A DNA stretch of 64,000 nt from an uncultured Bacillales bacterium (GTDB lineage Bacteria; Bacillota_I; Bacilli_A; RFN20; CAG-826). The notes under the pieces were generated by a model that worked only from the letters and a program-made list of their open reading frames with translations, did not search any database and was not told the DNA's origin. The DNA is taken from assembly GCA_937902735.1 (NCBI GenBank), contig CALELS010000013.1, positions 204,321-268,320 of the forward strand, read 5' to 3'. A program made the position numbers and the translations under genes. Of the stretch, positions 46,976-56,980 are shown in pieces; position 1 is the stretch's first letter; every line of letters starts with the position of its first letter.

Positions 46976-47668
46976 TTAACCAAATGGAATTGTCATTGAT
47001 AAAACCAGTATATTTAACCTACGAGGATTATACTTTTTTACTAACTCGACCATAGCTTTAAGTGTTGAACCTGTAGTTTTTACATCATCAACCAACAACA
47101 CATTTTGATTTTTGAGTCTATCCCCGTTTCTTATGTCTAAATATTTTTTGATTTCCTTCCTATTGTGCCCTTTATCTGACTGTTTAATTTCGCTAGTCTT
47201 AAAAATGCAATCAACAATTGGGCGATTAAGTATTTTGAAAATTTCTTGGACATGATTAAACCCTCTCTTTTTGTTGCTTTCTTCGGTTGATGGAGCAGGC
47301 ACTAAAATATAGTTGCGATACCTCAATTTTAGATAAGATCTAACTCTGTCTAAAAATAATGGCGCTAATTCATAATCATAGCATCCTTTAAACTGAAACA
47401 ACATTGCCGCAAATTTTTCGGTATATTCGTAAAGAGCAACACCTTCAATTCCGCTAATTTGGAACTTACGAAAAATTGGATTAAATGACCTAAAACATTT
47501 ATTGCACAAAATAAAATCACTTCTAAAAAGATAGGTAAAACTATTCTCAGAAAGAGGCCCATAACAAAACTTACAGTAATTGGTTTTTAGATTTGATGGT
47601 ATCTCTGGCTTTTTCCATTTCTTCTGTAACCTTTGTACTGACGAAAATGACTCTACCTTCTGGAGCAT
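46976..47668 (-). CDS. comFC: ComF operon protein C (phosphoribosyltransferase-like competence protein)
   Basis: CKFCYGPL...CNKC zinc-finger-like N-terminus and the PRTase motif VLLVDDVKTTGST. The ATG at 47668 lies 6 nt after GGGAGGA. Confidence 0.8.
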   Translation of the reverse strand: MLQKVESFSSVQRLQKKWKKPEIPSNLKTNYCKFCYGPLSENSFTYLFRSDFILCNKCFRSFNPIFRKFQISGIEGVALYEYTEKFAAMLFQFKGCYDYELAPLFLDRVRSYLKLRYRNYILVPAPSTEESNKKRGFNHVQEIFKILNRPIVDCIFKTSEIKQSDKGHNRKEIKKYLDIRNGDRLKNQNVLLVDDVKTTGSTLKAMVELVKKYNPRRLNILVLSMTIPFG

Positions 47669-48710
47669 CACTTTTCCTCCCTACTCTTCCTGCAATTTGT
47701 ACTAAAGCGTGTTCATCATAAAGGTGGTTATCGGCATTAAAAACAATTACCTGCAAATCTTTCAATGTGACTCCCCTTTCTAAAACAGCTGTAGTTACCA
47801 AAAATTTATATTTATATTTACGAAATTTATTTATTATTTCAGATCTGTTCGACAATCTGGAATGAACATAAAACCCATCAGAAACCCTTTGTTTTATCTT
47901 TTCGAATAGAGTTTCACATTCATCGATTGTTGGAGCAAAAACAAGTGTTGGTTTTTTGTTTTTTATAAACTCTTTTAAAGTTTTAATCACAAACCTTTCT
48001 TTAAAATAAGGTAATAGCGTGACAAATTCCGGAACTGGTAGAGGATATTTATGAAACCTCGAATTTAATTCCAACATCATTTTTCCTTCGCTTTTGTATT
48101 CTTTCAAAACTTCTTCCGATGGAGTAGCGGACATCAAGATAGTTACATCCTTTGCTGCATTATGAAACATTTGATACAAAACATTATTTCCTTTAAAAGG
48201 AAAAGCATCAATCTCATCTAGAATTAGTAAATCAAAATACTTCTCATATCTATACAGTTGGTGTGTTGTCAAAACAACAATATCCCCTTCTAATCTGGAT
48301 GTTGATCCGCCATAAACGGCAACAACTTCATTTTCGTGAAAAACATTTTTTAATCGAACGTAGAGTTCTATTACAACATCTCTTCTTGGTATGGCAAAAC
48401 CAACCCTTTTCCCGTGAGATAACGCATATGATATAACACGAAATACGATTTCTGTCTTTCCCGCACCACAAACGGCATTAACAAGACTATTTATATGATT
48501 TTTGTAGTTTTCAAGAAGTTGCTTTGAGATTTCATCCTGCTTTTGCGACAAGGAATATTTTAAATGTAAAGAAACCAAACCTTTTTCTCTTTCTGATACA
48601 CCAACTTTTTCACCATTGAACGAAATACATTTTCGACAATATGCTTGGCCATTAAAATAACCTATGTATTTTTGATCTGTGTTTCCGCATCTTGGACATT
48701 GAAAACTCAT
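47571..48710 (-). CDS. comFA: ComF operon protein A (DEAD/DEAH-box helicase-like competence protein)
   Basis: N-terminal CPRCGN...CRKC zinc finger, Walker A CGAGKTE, DEID box and helicase C-domain motifs. Confidence 0.85.
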   Translation of the reverse strand: MSFQCPRCGNTDQKYIGYFNGQAYCRKCISFNGEKVGVSEREKGLVSLHLKYSLSQKQDEISKQLLENYKNHINSLVNAVCGAGKTEIVFRVISYALSHGKRVGFAIPRRDVVIELYVRLKNVFHENEVVAVYGGSTSRLEGDIVVLTTHQLYRYEKYFDLLILDEIDAFPFKGNNVLYQMFHNAAKDVTILMSATPSEEVLKEYKSEGKMMLELNSRFHKYPLPVPEFVTLLPYFKERFVIKTLKEFIKNKKPTLVFAPTIDECETLFEKIKQRVSDGFYVHSRLSNRSEIINKFRKYKYKFLVTTAVLERGVTLKDLQVIVFNADNHLYDEHALVQIAGRVGRKSDAPEGRVIFVSTKVTEEMEKARDTIKSKNQLL

Positions 48711-48757
48711 TATTTTCTCCTCATTACTTATATAGAAGATTTTTCAAGAAAAAGTGT

Positions 48758-48785
48758 GAAAAAAAGACGAGATTTTCTCTCGTCT
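48758..48785 (-). terminator. Rho-independent terminator after rpiB
   Basis: AGACGAGA / TCTCGTCT stem (48765-48772 and 48778-48785) followed by a 7-nt U-run on the minus strand. Confidence 0.65.
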
Positions 48786-48805
48786 AATATAAATATTAGA
48801 ATATT

Positions 48806-49243
48806 TTATTCTTCGGCAGAAATAATTTCGTTAACTCTTCTTTCGTGACGACCACCTTCGAAAGGAGTAGACAAGAATATATCGACTCTTTTAAGAACTT
48901 CATCTTTATTCATAAAAGTAGCGCCAAAGGCAATCATATTTGCATTGTTATGTTGCCTAATCAATCTAGCAACATCATCGTTATATGCAAGACCGCATCT
49001 AACACCATTGACTTTGTTAGCGGCCATCATAATTCCTTCACCACTTGAACAAACCAAAACACCGAATTCGGCTTCTTTGGATGCAACAAGTTTTGCACAT
49101 TCAAGTCCAAAGATCGGGTAATCACAAGATTCTAAAGAATAGGTTCCAACATCGATAACCTCATATCCTTTTTTTATTAAATGCTCTTTTACTTCTTCTT
49201 TTCTAGCAAAACCAGCATGATCTGAACCAATAGCAATTTTCAT
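48806..49243 (-). CDS. rpiB: Ribose-5-phosphate isomerase B
   Basis: 145 aa with MKIAIGSDHAGF and the GVLVCSSGEGIMMAANK block. Confidence 0.9.
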   Translation of the reverse strand: MKIAIGSDHAGFARKEEVKEHLIKKGYEVIDVGTYSLESCDYPIFGLECAKLVASKEAEFGVLVCSSGEGIMMAANKVNGVRCGLAYNDDVARLIRQHNNANMIAFGATFMNKDEVLKRVDIFLSTPFEGGRHERRVNEIISAEE

Positions 49244-49260
49244 AAGTCACCTCTTTATAT

Positions 49261-49866
49261 TTATTTAACTATTTTATCAATTAATTCTTTTTTAATTAAC
49301 CCTTCTCTTATTAGATGAACCTGCTCATCAACAAGAACAATTGTAGAAGGAATGTTTGAAATAGATTTTCCTTCAATTACGGCATCAATTTCGTTTTCAA
49401 AGAAAGCTGCTACATCATTAGAAGAAACTAAAGGTGGTTCCCCACTTCTATTTGCAGAAGGAACTAGTAAAGGTTTACCAACTTCTCTAATGAGTTCTCT
49501 AATGAAATCATCGTCAGGGATTCTAATACCAACATTTCCTTCCCTCGAAACAACATAATCAGGGAGGTTTTCTTTTGCTTTTAATATGATAGTAAATTGT
49601 CCAGGCATAAAATTTCCTATAAGAAGTCGGCTCAATTCATTTATATCAGCATATTTTTCTATCTCTTCAACATCGCTTAACATCATTGTGAATGGCTTTT
49701 CTGGTGGTCTTCTTTTAACATTGATCAAACGTAAATAAGATTCTTTATTATCGTAAACAACACCAAAACCAAACACTGTTTCAGTTGGAAAAGATATTAA
49801 TCCGCCTTCTTTTAGAAGCTTACTAGCAATGTGTAGTTCGTTCTTTTTAAGAATTCTCATAATCAA
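49261..49866 (-). CDS. tsaC: L-threonylcarbamoyladenylate synthase (YrdC/Sua5 domain, short form)
   Basis: ISFPTETVFGFG, KRRPPEKPFTMM, VGIRIPD and LLVPSANRSGEPP. Confidence 0.85.
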   Translation of the reverse strand: MIMRILKKNELHIASKLLKEGGLISFPTETVFGFGVVYDNKESYLRLINVKRRPPEKPFTMMLSDVEEIEKYADINELSRLLIGNFMPGQFTIILKAKENLPDYVVSREGNVGIRIPDDDFIRELIREVGKPLLVPSANRSGEPPLVSSNDVAAFFENEIDAVIEGKSISNIPSTIVLVDEQVHLIREGLIKKELIDKIVK

Positions 49867-50705
49867 AGTATAATTCCAACGATACGGATTTTTCCATTTA
49901 TATCTTTTTTAAATTCGTATTTCGCGTGAGGAATTTTCTTATTAATAAGTGATTCAAGCGAATCTTTAATCTCATCACCTAGTTCAAACACAACTAATAG
50001 AGGTTTCTTAGAACATTTTTTTAATCCATCCAAAATCGATGAATATACTTCTAAGTGGCCCGAAGTAAACAATGCTTCGTGAGGTTCATTTTTCAAAACT
50101 AAATCATCAACTTCTTTCTTTGAAAGAATATATGGTGGATTAGCAACGATAACATCAGCATCTTTAAAGTATTCTTCAATTGGTTCCATTGCGTTTCCAA
50201 CTGCAAAAATTGTTTTTTGATTTGGAATGATCATTGAAGCGTTTTTCTTAGCTACTTCAATTGCGTTTTTATTTATGTCCGAAAGGATTAACTTTTCAAC
50301 ATTGCTCTTTTTTGAAATCTCTATTCCTATACAACCAGAACCTGTACATACATCAATAACAGTGATTGATTTTTTACCAAACAATTCATCAATTTTATCG
50401 ATTGTGTATTCGACTACTTCTTCCGTCTCCATACGAGGAATTAGAACATTTGGATCGACATAAAATATATCGCCACAAAAATATCCCTCGTTTGTCAAAT
50501 ATTGTATAGGTTCTCCATCAAAATAACGTTTTTCGAGTTCTTGATAATTATCTAAATCAATGATTTCATCATCAAATTTTAAATATAAATCTTGTAGATT
50601 TTTAATTTTATTAACATGAGCTAAAAGGATACGAAAATCGATTTCGCGATTTTTATCTTTAAGTTTTCCAATTGAATTAAAGTATTGTTCTCTTAATGTT
50701 GGCAT
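49863..50705 (-). CDS. prmC: Release-factor glutamine N5-methyltransferase
   Basis: The SAM motif VIDVCTGSGCIGI and the NPPY motif (VANPPYI). It sits between prfA and tsaC. Confidence 0.9.
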   Translation of the reverse strand: MPTLREQYFNSIGKLKDKNREIDFRILLAHVNKIKNLQDLYLKFDDEIIDLDNYQELEKRYFDGEPIQYLTNEGYFCGDIFYVDPNVLIPRMETEEVVEYTIDKIDELFGKKSITVIDVCTGSGCIGIEISKKSNVEKLILSDINKNAIEVAKKNASMIIPNQKTIFAVGNAMEPIEEYFKDADVIVANPPYILSKKEVDDLVLKNEPHEALFTSGHLEVYSSILDGLKKCSKKPLLVVFELGDEIKDSLESLINKKIPHAKYEFKKDINGKIRIVGIIL

Positions 50706-50707
50706 TA

Positions 50708-51781
50708 TTATTCACCAAGCATTTTCATTTCTTGTTCGTAATGGATTAATGCATCCAAGATTTCTTCAATCTCACCTTCCATAACTCTATCAAGTTTTTG
50801 AATTGTGAAATTAATTCTATGATCGGTTACTCTATTTTGAGGATAATTATAAGTTCTAATTTTTTCAGAACGTTCACCAGTCCCGACTTTTAATCTTCTT
50901 TCATTACCTATTTTTTCTTCTTGTTCTTCTTGCAACTTAGCATAAATCTTGGCACGAAGCATCTGCATACAAATTTCTCTGTTTTGGATTTGAGATTTTT
51001 CTGTTTGACACGAGACAACAACTCCAGTAGGAATATGTGTCATTCTAACTGCAGATTCAGTCTTATTAACATTTTGACCACCTGCACCTTGTGAGCGATA
51101 TGTATCAACTTGAATATCGGCTGGATTAATCTCAACATCAATTTCTTCCATTTCTGGCATAACTAAAACAGTTGCAGTAGAAGTATGAATTCTTCCGCTT
51201 GCTTCAGTCTTTGGAACACGTTGAACACGATGTGCACCACTTTCGAATTTAAGTTTGGAATAAACACTATCGCCCTTTATCATAAAGGATACAAAAGCAA
51301 AACCTCCGGCTTCTGATGGATTTTCATCCAAGATTTGAACTTTCCATCCTTGGCTTTCGGCATATCTTACATACATTCTAAATAAGTCACCAGCAAAAAT
51401 GTTTCCCTCGTCTCCACCAGCGGCACCTCTGATTTCAACAATAATATTTTTGTCATCATTTGGGTCTTTAGGAAGAAGTAAAACTTTTAATTCTTCATCG
51501 GTCTTTTCCATCTCTTCTAACAATCTTTTATGTTCTTCGTGACCAAAAGAAGAGATTTCTGGATCAGAATCATTAATCATTAATTGCGAATCCGCAAGAT
51601 CAGATTCAAGTTTCAAATATTTGTTATAAGTTTCAACAACTGGTTCAAGATTTGCTCTTTCCTTGGAAAGGTCACGAAATTTTTTGATATCTTTAGTGAC
51701 ATCTTCTTTCACTAATTCTTCATCAATTTCAGCAAGTCTTTCCTTAGTTGTATCCAGTCTTTTCTTTAATGCTTCATCCAT
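50708..51781 (-). CDS. prfA: Peptide chain release factor 1
   Basis: RVPKTEASGRIHTSTATV (tripeptide-anticodon region) and [18 protein letters not shown] (GGQ). Confidence 0.95.
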   Translation of the reverse strand: MDEALKKRLDTTKERLAEIDEELVKEDVTKDIKKFRDLSKERANLEPVVETYNKYLKLESDLADSQLMINDSDPEISSFGHEEHKRLLEEMEKTDEELKVLLLPKDPNDDKNIIVEIRGAAGGDEGNIFAGDLFRMYVRYAESQGWKVQILDENPSEAGGFAFVSFMIKGDSVYSKLKFESGAHRVQRVPKTEASGRIHTSTATVLVMPEMEEIDVEINPADIQVDTYRSQGAGGQNVNKTESAVRMTHIPTGVVVSCQTEKSQIQNREICMQMLRAKIYAKLQEEQEEKIGNERRLKVGTGERSEKIRTYNYPQNRVTDHRINFTIQKLDRVMEGEIEEILDALIHYEQEMKMLGE

Positions 51782-51790
51782 ATCGCTTGG

Positions 51791-51799
51791 ATTATATCA
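51791..51799 (-). promoter_or_regulatory. Extended -10 box TGATATAAT, 9 nt upstream of the prfA ATG
   Basis: The minus strand reads TGATATAAT CCAAGCGAT ATG, with no Shine-Dalgarno sequence in between. Confidence 0.45.
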
Positions 51800-51889
51800 T
51801 AAGTCGCTAAATAAGCAAACAACAACAACGCATTGTTAATTTATAATTAAAAGTGGCTATTTCTTCTTTATATAAGAGGACAAAATATG

Positions 51890-51895
51890 TATAAT
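51890..51895 (+). promoter_or_regulatory. TATAAT box 7 nt upstream of the dnaX ATG
   Basis: The plus strand reads TATAAT CATATTT ATG. The only Shine-Dalgarno-like element (AGAGGA, 51875-51880) is 22 nt from the dnaX ATG. Confidence 0.4.
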
Positions 51896-51902
51896 CATAT
51901 TT

Positions 51903-53648
51903 ATGGCATACAAAGCATTATATAGGACTTATAGACCACAAACTTTTGAAGAAGTTGCAGGTCAAAAACAAATTGTTCGCACGTTAAAGAACGCATTAGA
52001 AAAAGGAAAAATTGCACATGCATATCTTTTCTGTGGTCCTAGAGGCACTGGTAAAACAACCATGGCCAAGCTTTTTGCTAAAGCTTTAAATTGTGAACAA
52101 GGTATTGGACACCAATGCAATGAATGTTCAAACTGTAAAGAAATTATTGAAGGAACACATCCTGATGTAATTGAAATCGATGCCGCTTCAAATAATGGTG
52201 TCGAACAAGTAAGAGATTTAATAGATAAAGTTAATTATCTTCCTCTAAAAGGAAAATATAAAGTTTATATTATTGATGAAGTTCATATGATGACTACTAA
52301 CGCATTCAATGCGTTACTAAAGACACTTGAAGAACCACCTGCACATGTAATTTTCATATTGGCAACTACAGAACCTCACAACATTCTTCCTACCATTTTA
52401 TCTAGATGCCAAAGATATGATTTTACAAAAGTAAATGATGGGGACATTAAAGAAAGAATGGTTACAATTCTAAATGAAGAACACATTCAGTATGAAAATA
52501 GCGCTTTAGATGCAATAGTATCTCTTGCTGATGGTGGTGTCCGTGATGCCTTATCTATACTAGATCAAATTCTTGCTTATAGTGGTGATAGTCTAAAAGA
52601 AGAAGATGTTTACACTTTGTTTGGTCTTGCATCCAATAGAGAAAAAATCGATATGATTTGCGATATCTATAAAGGTGATGTCATAGCTTCATTAAATAGG
52701 ATTAATCGTTTTGTCGAAGGCGGTATTGATTTAAAACGCCTAAACAGTGATTTATTAAATATTTTGAAAGATGTTCTTATTTACAAGAAAACAAAAGAAG
52801 AACACGAGCTTTTATATATTAAAGAGGAAGAAGCTATTGAATTAGCAAACCTTATTGATATCAACTCTCTAAACACTATGATTGGAGCGTTCCTTAAGGC
52901 ACAAATAGATTTCAAATCAATTAATAATATAAAAACAATGTTTGAAATTGTTGTCCTTAAACTAACAACTATGAATGATGAGGTTAAAGAAAGTCCAAAA
53001 CCACGCCCAGAACAAACTAAACAAGTAGTAGAAGAAAAGAAAGTCGAAGTTCTCAAACCAGTCGAACCAGTAAAAGAAGTTCTCAAAGAAGAACCTGTTC
53101 CTGTTATTCAACAACAAGTTCCTGTCACACCAGTTGTTGAACAAAAAACGGAAGTAAAGGAAGAAAAACCTACAGGAACTGCACCGGATTGGCTATTTAC
53201 AGATGAAGAAGATAAACAAGAAGTTGAAACCGATGGTGAAAAATATCAATTAGATGATGATACATTAATTAAATTAATGGTTATTGGTGATAAAGACCAA
53301 AGAAAATCATTACTTGAAAGATGGAACGAACTCGATAGTTATTTAGGTCATCCTCAATTAGGTGATTTGGTCGCCATTATTAAAGATGGTAAACCATTCC
53401 TTGTTAATAAATATTCAATTATTCTCGAATATGATTTTGCTAAATTAGCAGACAGAATCAACATAAAATCAAATCAAGAAAAGATATCTGAGATTTTATC
53501 TCAAATGATTAATCGCGAAGTATTTGTATACGCGATTCCAAGATCAGAATCTGTAAGACTAATCACAATTTTCCACAACCTAAGACAATTATCAAAGCTT
53601 CCAAAAGCTAGTGATGTAAATATTAATTTAGAGGAGTTAAAGAAATAA
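51903..53648 (+). CDS. dnaX: DNA polymerase III subunit tau
   Basis: MAYKALYRTYRPQTFEEVAGQ, GPRGTGKTT, the zinc module CNECSNC, IIDEVHM and SRCQRY. Confidence 0.95.
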   Translation: MAYKALYRTYRPQTFEEVAGQKQIVRTLKNALEKGKIAHAYLFCGPRGTGKTTMAKLFAKALNCEQGIGHQCNECSNCKEIIEGTHPDVIEIDAASNNGVEQVRDLIDKVNYLPLKGKYKVYIIDEVHMMTTNAFNALLKTLEEPPAHVIFILATTEPHNILPTILSRCQRYDFTKVNDGDIKERMVTILNEEHIQYENSALDAIVSLADGGVRDALSILDQILAYSGDSLKEEDVYTLFGLASNREKIDMICDIYKGDVIASLNRINRFVEGGIDLKRLNSDLLNILKDVLIYKKTKEEHELLYIKEEEAIELANLIDINSLNTMIGAFLKAQIDFKSINNIKTMFEIVVLKLTTMNDEVKESPKPRPEQTKQVVEEKKVEVLKPVEPVKEVLKEEPVPVIQQQVPVTPVVEQKTEVKEEKPTGTAPDWLFTDEEDKQEVETDGEKYQLDDDTLIKLMVIGDKDQRKSLLERWNELDSYLGHPQLGDLVAIIKDGKPFLVNKYSIILEYDFAKLADRINIKSNQEKISEILSQMINREVFVYAIPRSESVRLITIFHNLRQLSKLPKASDVNINLEELKK

Positions 53649-53947
53649 TGAATCAATTACAAGCAATGATGGCTCAAGCCAACAAAATGAAACGCGATCT
53701 TAAAAGAGCGCAGGAAGAATTAGATGCTAAAGAATTTGTTGTTTCAAAAGGTGGGGCAGTAACTGTTACTGTTATGGGTAATAGAACTGTTAAATCTATA
53801 AGTATAGATAAAGATGCATTTGATGCAGACAACAAAGAAATGATTGAAGAAATGATTGCTTTAGGAATCACTGAAGCTCTTGAAAAGATTAGTGCTGAAG
53901 AAAGAGCATTTAAACAAAGAATTACTGGTAGCCCAGAAGGTTATTAA
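53648..53947 (+). CDS. ybaB: Nucleoid-associated protein YbaB/EbfC
   Basis: 99 aa, MNQLQAMMAQANKMKRDLKRAQEEL..., in the conserved dnaX-ybaB-recR position. Confidence 0.9.
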   Translation: MNQLQAMMAQANKMKRDLKRAQEELDAKEFVVSKGGAVTVTVMGNRTVKSISIDKDAFDADNKEMIEEMIALGITEALEKISAEERAFKQRITGSPEGY

Positions 53948-53949
53948 TA

Positions 53950-54546
53950 ATGAAAGAACTAAAGAGCGTTCAAAAACTAACAGAAGCGTTTGCTAGACTT
54001 CCAGGAGTTGGTCACAAATCTGCTGAGAAGATGGCCTATGCTGTATTAGAACTTGATGATGAAGTTGTAAAGAATTTTTCTGATGCTCTTTTAGAAGTAA
54101 AATCAAAAATTCATCATTGTCCAATATGTGGTAATTACACAGAAGATGAAATTTGTGATGTTTGTTCTGATAAAAACCGTGATAAATCTAAAATCTTGGT
54201 GGTCTCATACCCAAAAGATGTCTATGCTTTTGAAAAATTAAGAACTTATGATGGCAAATATCATGTTTTGGGTGGTGTTCTCTCTGCGGTTAATGGGGTT
54301 GGAATTGATGATTTAAATATCGATTCTTTATTAAAAAGAATTGACGAAGACGAGATTAAAGAGATTATTCTTGCGACAAACCCAACTACAGAGGGCGAAA
54401 CAACAGCCTTATATTTGGCAAGATTATTAGAAAATAAAAATGTTAACGTTTCAAGGTTAGCTTATGGCTTACCAATGGGCGGCTATTTAGAATATGCCGA
54501 CTCACTAACATTAAGCAGAGCACTTGAAGGAAGAAAGAAAATTTAA
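53950..54546 (+). CDS. recR: Recombination protein RecR
   Basis: LPGVGHKSAEKMA (HhH), the CPICGN...CDVC zinc finger, and a Toprim domain. Confidence 0.95.
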   Translation: MKELKSVQKLTEAFARLPGVGHKSAEKMAYAVLELDDEVVKNFSDALLEVKSKIHHCPICGNYTEDEICDVCSDKNRDKSKILVVSYPKDVYAFEKLRTYDGKYHVLGGVLSAVNGVGIDDLNIDSLLKRIDEDEIKEIILATNPTTEGETTALYLARLLENKNVNVSRLAYGLPMGGYLEYADSLTLSRALEGRKKI

Positions 54547-54558
54547 GGGGGTTCCTAT

Positions 54559-55179
54559 ATGTTTATTACTGTTGAAGGTCCAGAAGGAAGCGGCAAAAGC
54601 AGTGTAATGAAGGCTGTTGCCGAAAGATTAACTAAAGAAGGCTATGATATTGTTTTTACACGTGAACCTGGAGGAACTCCAATTGCTGAGCAAATCCGTG
54701 AAGTTATTTTAAATAAAGAAAATACAAAAATGGATAAGGTGACTGAGGCATTACTATATGCTGCAAGTCGTAGACAACATCTTGTTGAAAAAGTGTGGCC
54801 TTTAACTAAAGAAGGAAAAATTGTTATCTCAGATCGTTTCTTAGATTCTTCTTTAGCATATCAAGGAGGCGCTAGAGGTTTAGGGATTGAAAAAGTTCTC
54901 GAAATCAATATGCACGCAACAGAAGGATACTTCCCTGATTTAACTCTATTATTTGATTTAGAACCAGAAATTGGTTTAGCCAGAATTGCTGCGAATAAGG
55001 GAAGAGAAGTTAACCGCCTCGATTTAGAAAAAATCGAATTCCACCATGAAGTTAGAGCAAACTTCTTAAAAATTGCTGAAATGTTTAAAGATAGATTTGT
55101 GGTTCTTGATGCTTCAAAACCATTCGATAATGTTGTTGAACAAGCTTATTCAGCCATCAAATCAAGACTGGATAAATAA
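54559..55179 (+). CDS. tmk: Thymidylate kinase
   Basis: MFITVEGPEGSGKSS, DRFLDSSLAYQG. Confidence 0.95.
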   Translation: MFITVEGPEGSGKSSVMKAVAERLTKEGYDIVFTREPGGTPIAEQIREVILNKENTKMDKVTEALLYAASRRQHLVEKVWPLTKEGKIVISDRFLDSSLAYQGGARGLGIEKVLEINMHATEGYFPDLTLLFDLEPEIGLARIAANKGREVNRLDLEKIEFHHEVRANFLKIAEMFKDRFVVLDASKPFDNVVEQAYSAIKSRLDK

Positions 55180-56154
55180 GTGAACATAAAAGAATATTTA
55201 CGTAAATATCAACCGATTATTTATCAATCTTTTGCTAATGCTTTAACAAAAAACAAGCTTTCACACGCCTATCTAATTAGTGGAGCACCTGGCTCACCAC
55301 TTAAAGATATTGCTATGTTTTTTGCTAAGTCAATTTTATGTGATAACCCAGATCCTTTCGCGTGCAATAATTGCATAACTTGCATGAGAGTCGATGAGGG
55401 CAATTATGCGGATGTAATGGTTGTTGATAAGGCGAGAATCAAACGCGAAGATGTTGATAGAATCATGCACAACTTCGATAAAACTGCGCTCGAAGACAGA
55501 GGCATAATGATTTATGTCATTAACAATATTGAATCAATGAATACTGTTTCAATTAATGCTATTTTAAAATTTCTTGAAGAACCTGGTAAAAACATTTATG
55601 CCTTTTTAACTACAGAAAACGAATCAAAGATACTTCCAACCATCATTTCTAGAACACAAATTCTAAGACTTAAGACTGTTAATCAATCAATTATTATTGA
55701 GGAGGCAAAAAAGAATGGCATCAATGATGATGATGCACAAATCTTAAGCGCCTTTTATAGTGATGTTGAATTAATGAAAGATGTCATCGAAAGCGAACCA
55801 TATAAAATTGCTAAACAAGCATTAGATGATCAATTAAATTCTCTCTTAATTTCAAATGAAGATGCAATTTTCACTTGTGAAAAACTAATTATTCCTAATG
55901 TAAAAAGCATAGAATGTGCCTCTTTTTATATCAAAATGCTCTCAATTAGTTTTCAAGATATGTTAAATATTTCTGTTGGAAGTGATATTGTATTATCTTG
56001 TTATGAGACTGTGCTAAGAGAATTAGCACATAAACTAAAACATTTGGATAGTTCACTACTTATGATTATGCAAGCAAGCGGAAAGCTTGAACTAAACGTA
56101 AATATTGGATTACTCCTCGATCATATAATCTATCAAATTACGAGGGAGGAATAG
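55180..56154 (+). CDS. holB: DNA polymerase III delta-prime subunit
   Basis: GTG start. LSHAYLISGAPGS (degenerate P-loop), the CNNCITC zinc module and SRTQILRL. It lies in the conserved position after tmk. Confidence 0.8.
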   Translation: MNIKEYLRKYQPIIYQSFANALTKNKLSHAYLISGAPGSPLKDIAMFFAKSILCDNPDPFACNNCITCMRVDEGNYADVMVVDKARIKREDVDRIMHNFDKTALEDRGIMIYVINNIESMNTVSINAILKFLEEPGKNIYAFLTTENESKILPTIISRTQILRLKTVNQSIIIEEAKKNGINDDDAQILSAFYSDVELMKDVIESEPYKIAKQALDDQLNSLLISNEDAIFTCEKLIIPNVKSIECASFYIKMLSISFQDMLNISVGSDIVLSCYETVLRELAHKLKHLDSSLLMIMQASGKLELNVNIGLLLDHIIYQITREE

Positions 56155-56155
56155 C

Positions 56156-56980
56156 ATGGAAATTAAATATTATTTAGGCGTCAAATTCGATGGTGGTAAA
56201 AAAGCCTACTATTTTGGAACTGACATCGAAGGTTTACAAATCGGTGATAAGGTTGTCGCAGATTCTATTCGAGGAATTCAAGTTGGAACAATCGTGACCG
56301 AATCCTTTGGAATTGATACTTATAAATCTGAACTCGAATTAAAAGAAATCATCAGAAGGGCAACAGATGATGATTTGTTGCTTCATAAAGAAAATAAGAA
56401 AAGAGCAGCTCAAGCAATCAAACTATCTCTAAAAGAGATTGAAAAACTAGAATTAGAGATGAGACCTATTGATGCTGAATACTCTTTAGACGGTACCAAA
56501 TTAACCATTACATATGTTGCAGATGATCGCGTTGATTTTAGAGAATTATTAAAAATTCTTGCATCAATCTTTAAATGTAGAATCGAACTTAGACAAATTG
56601 GTTCAAGAGATAAATCAAAAATTATTGGTGGTATTGGTATTTGCGGTCTTCCACTTTGTTGTGCAACATTTTTACCAACAATGGAAGGTATCTCTATTAA
56701 TAGAGCAAAGAACCAAATGTTATCTTTAAATATCCCAAAATTAAGTGGACACTGCGGAAAACTAATTTGCTGTCTTCTTTACGAAGATGATGCTTATACA
56801 GAACTTAAAAAGGGATTGCCACGTATTGGCGAAACATTCAAAAGAAGTGGCACTATTTACAAAATTACTGGCGTTAACGTTCTTTCAAGAGTTATTAAAA
56901 TTGAAGGTGATGGCGATGTCGAATTTGTAAATTATGAAGATATTAAAACTTTATTAGGAAACAATAATGAGAGATCTTAA
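56156..56980 (+). CDS. ricT: PSP1-domain protein RicT/YaaT
   Basis: PSP1 C-terminal domain with the cysteine cluster GICGLPLCCATFL...GHCGKLICCLLYE. Confidence 0.85.
   Translation: MEIKYYLGVKFDGGKKAYYFGTDIEGLQIGDKVVADSIRGIQVGTIVTESFGIDTYKSELELKEIIRRATDDDLLLHKENKKRAAQAIKLSLKEIEKLELEMRPIDAEYSLDGTKLTITYVADDRVDFRELLKILASIFKCRIELRQIGSRDKSKIIGGIGICGLPLCCATFLPTMEGISINRAKNQMLSLNIPKLSGHCGKLICCLLYEDDAYTELKKGLPRIGETFKRSGTIYKITGVNVLSRVIKIEGDGDVEFVNYEDIKTLLGNNNERS

Noticed and set aside
51782-51902. SRP RNA (scRNA/ffs) expected upstream of dnaX, as in Bacillus
   Set aside because: The region is only 121 nt, AT-rich and occupied by two promoters. No GGUGCUGUUU / AGCAGCC-type SRP domain IV sequence is present.
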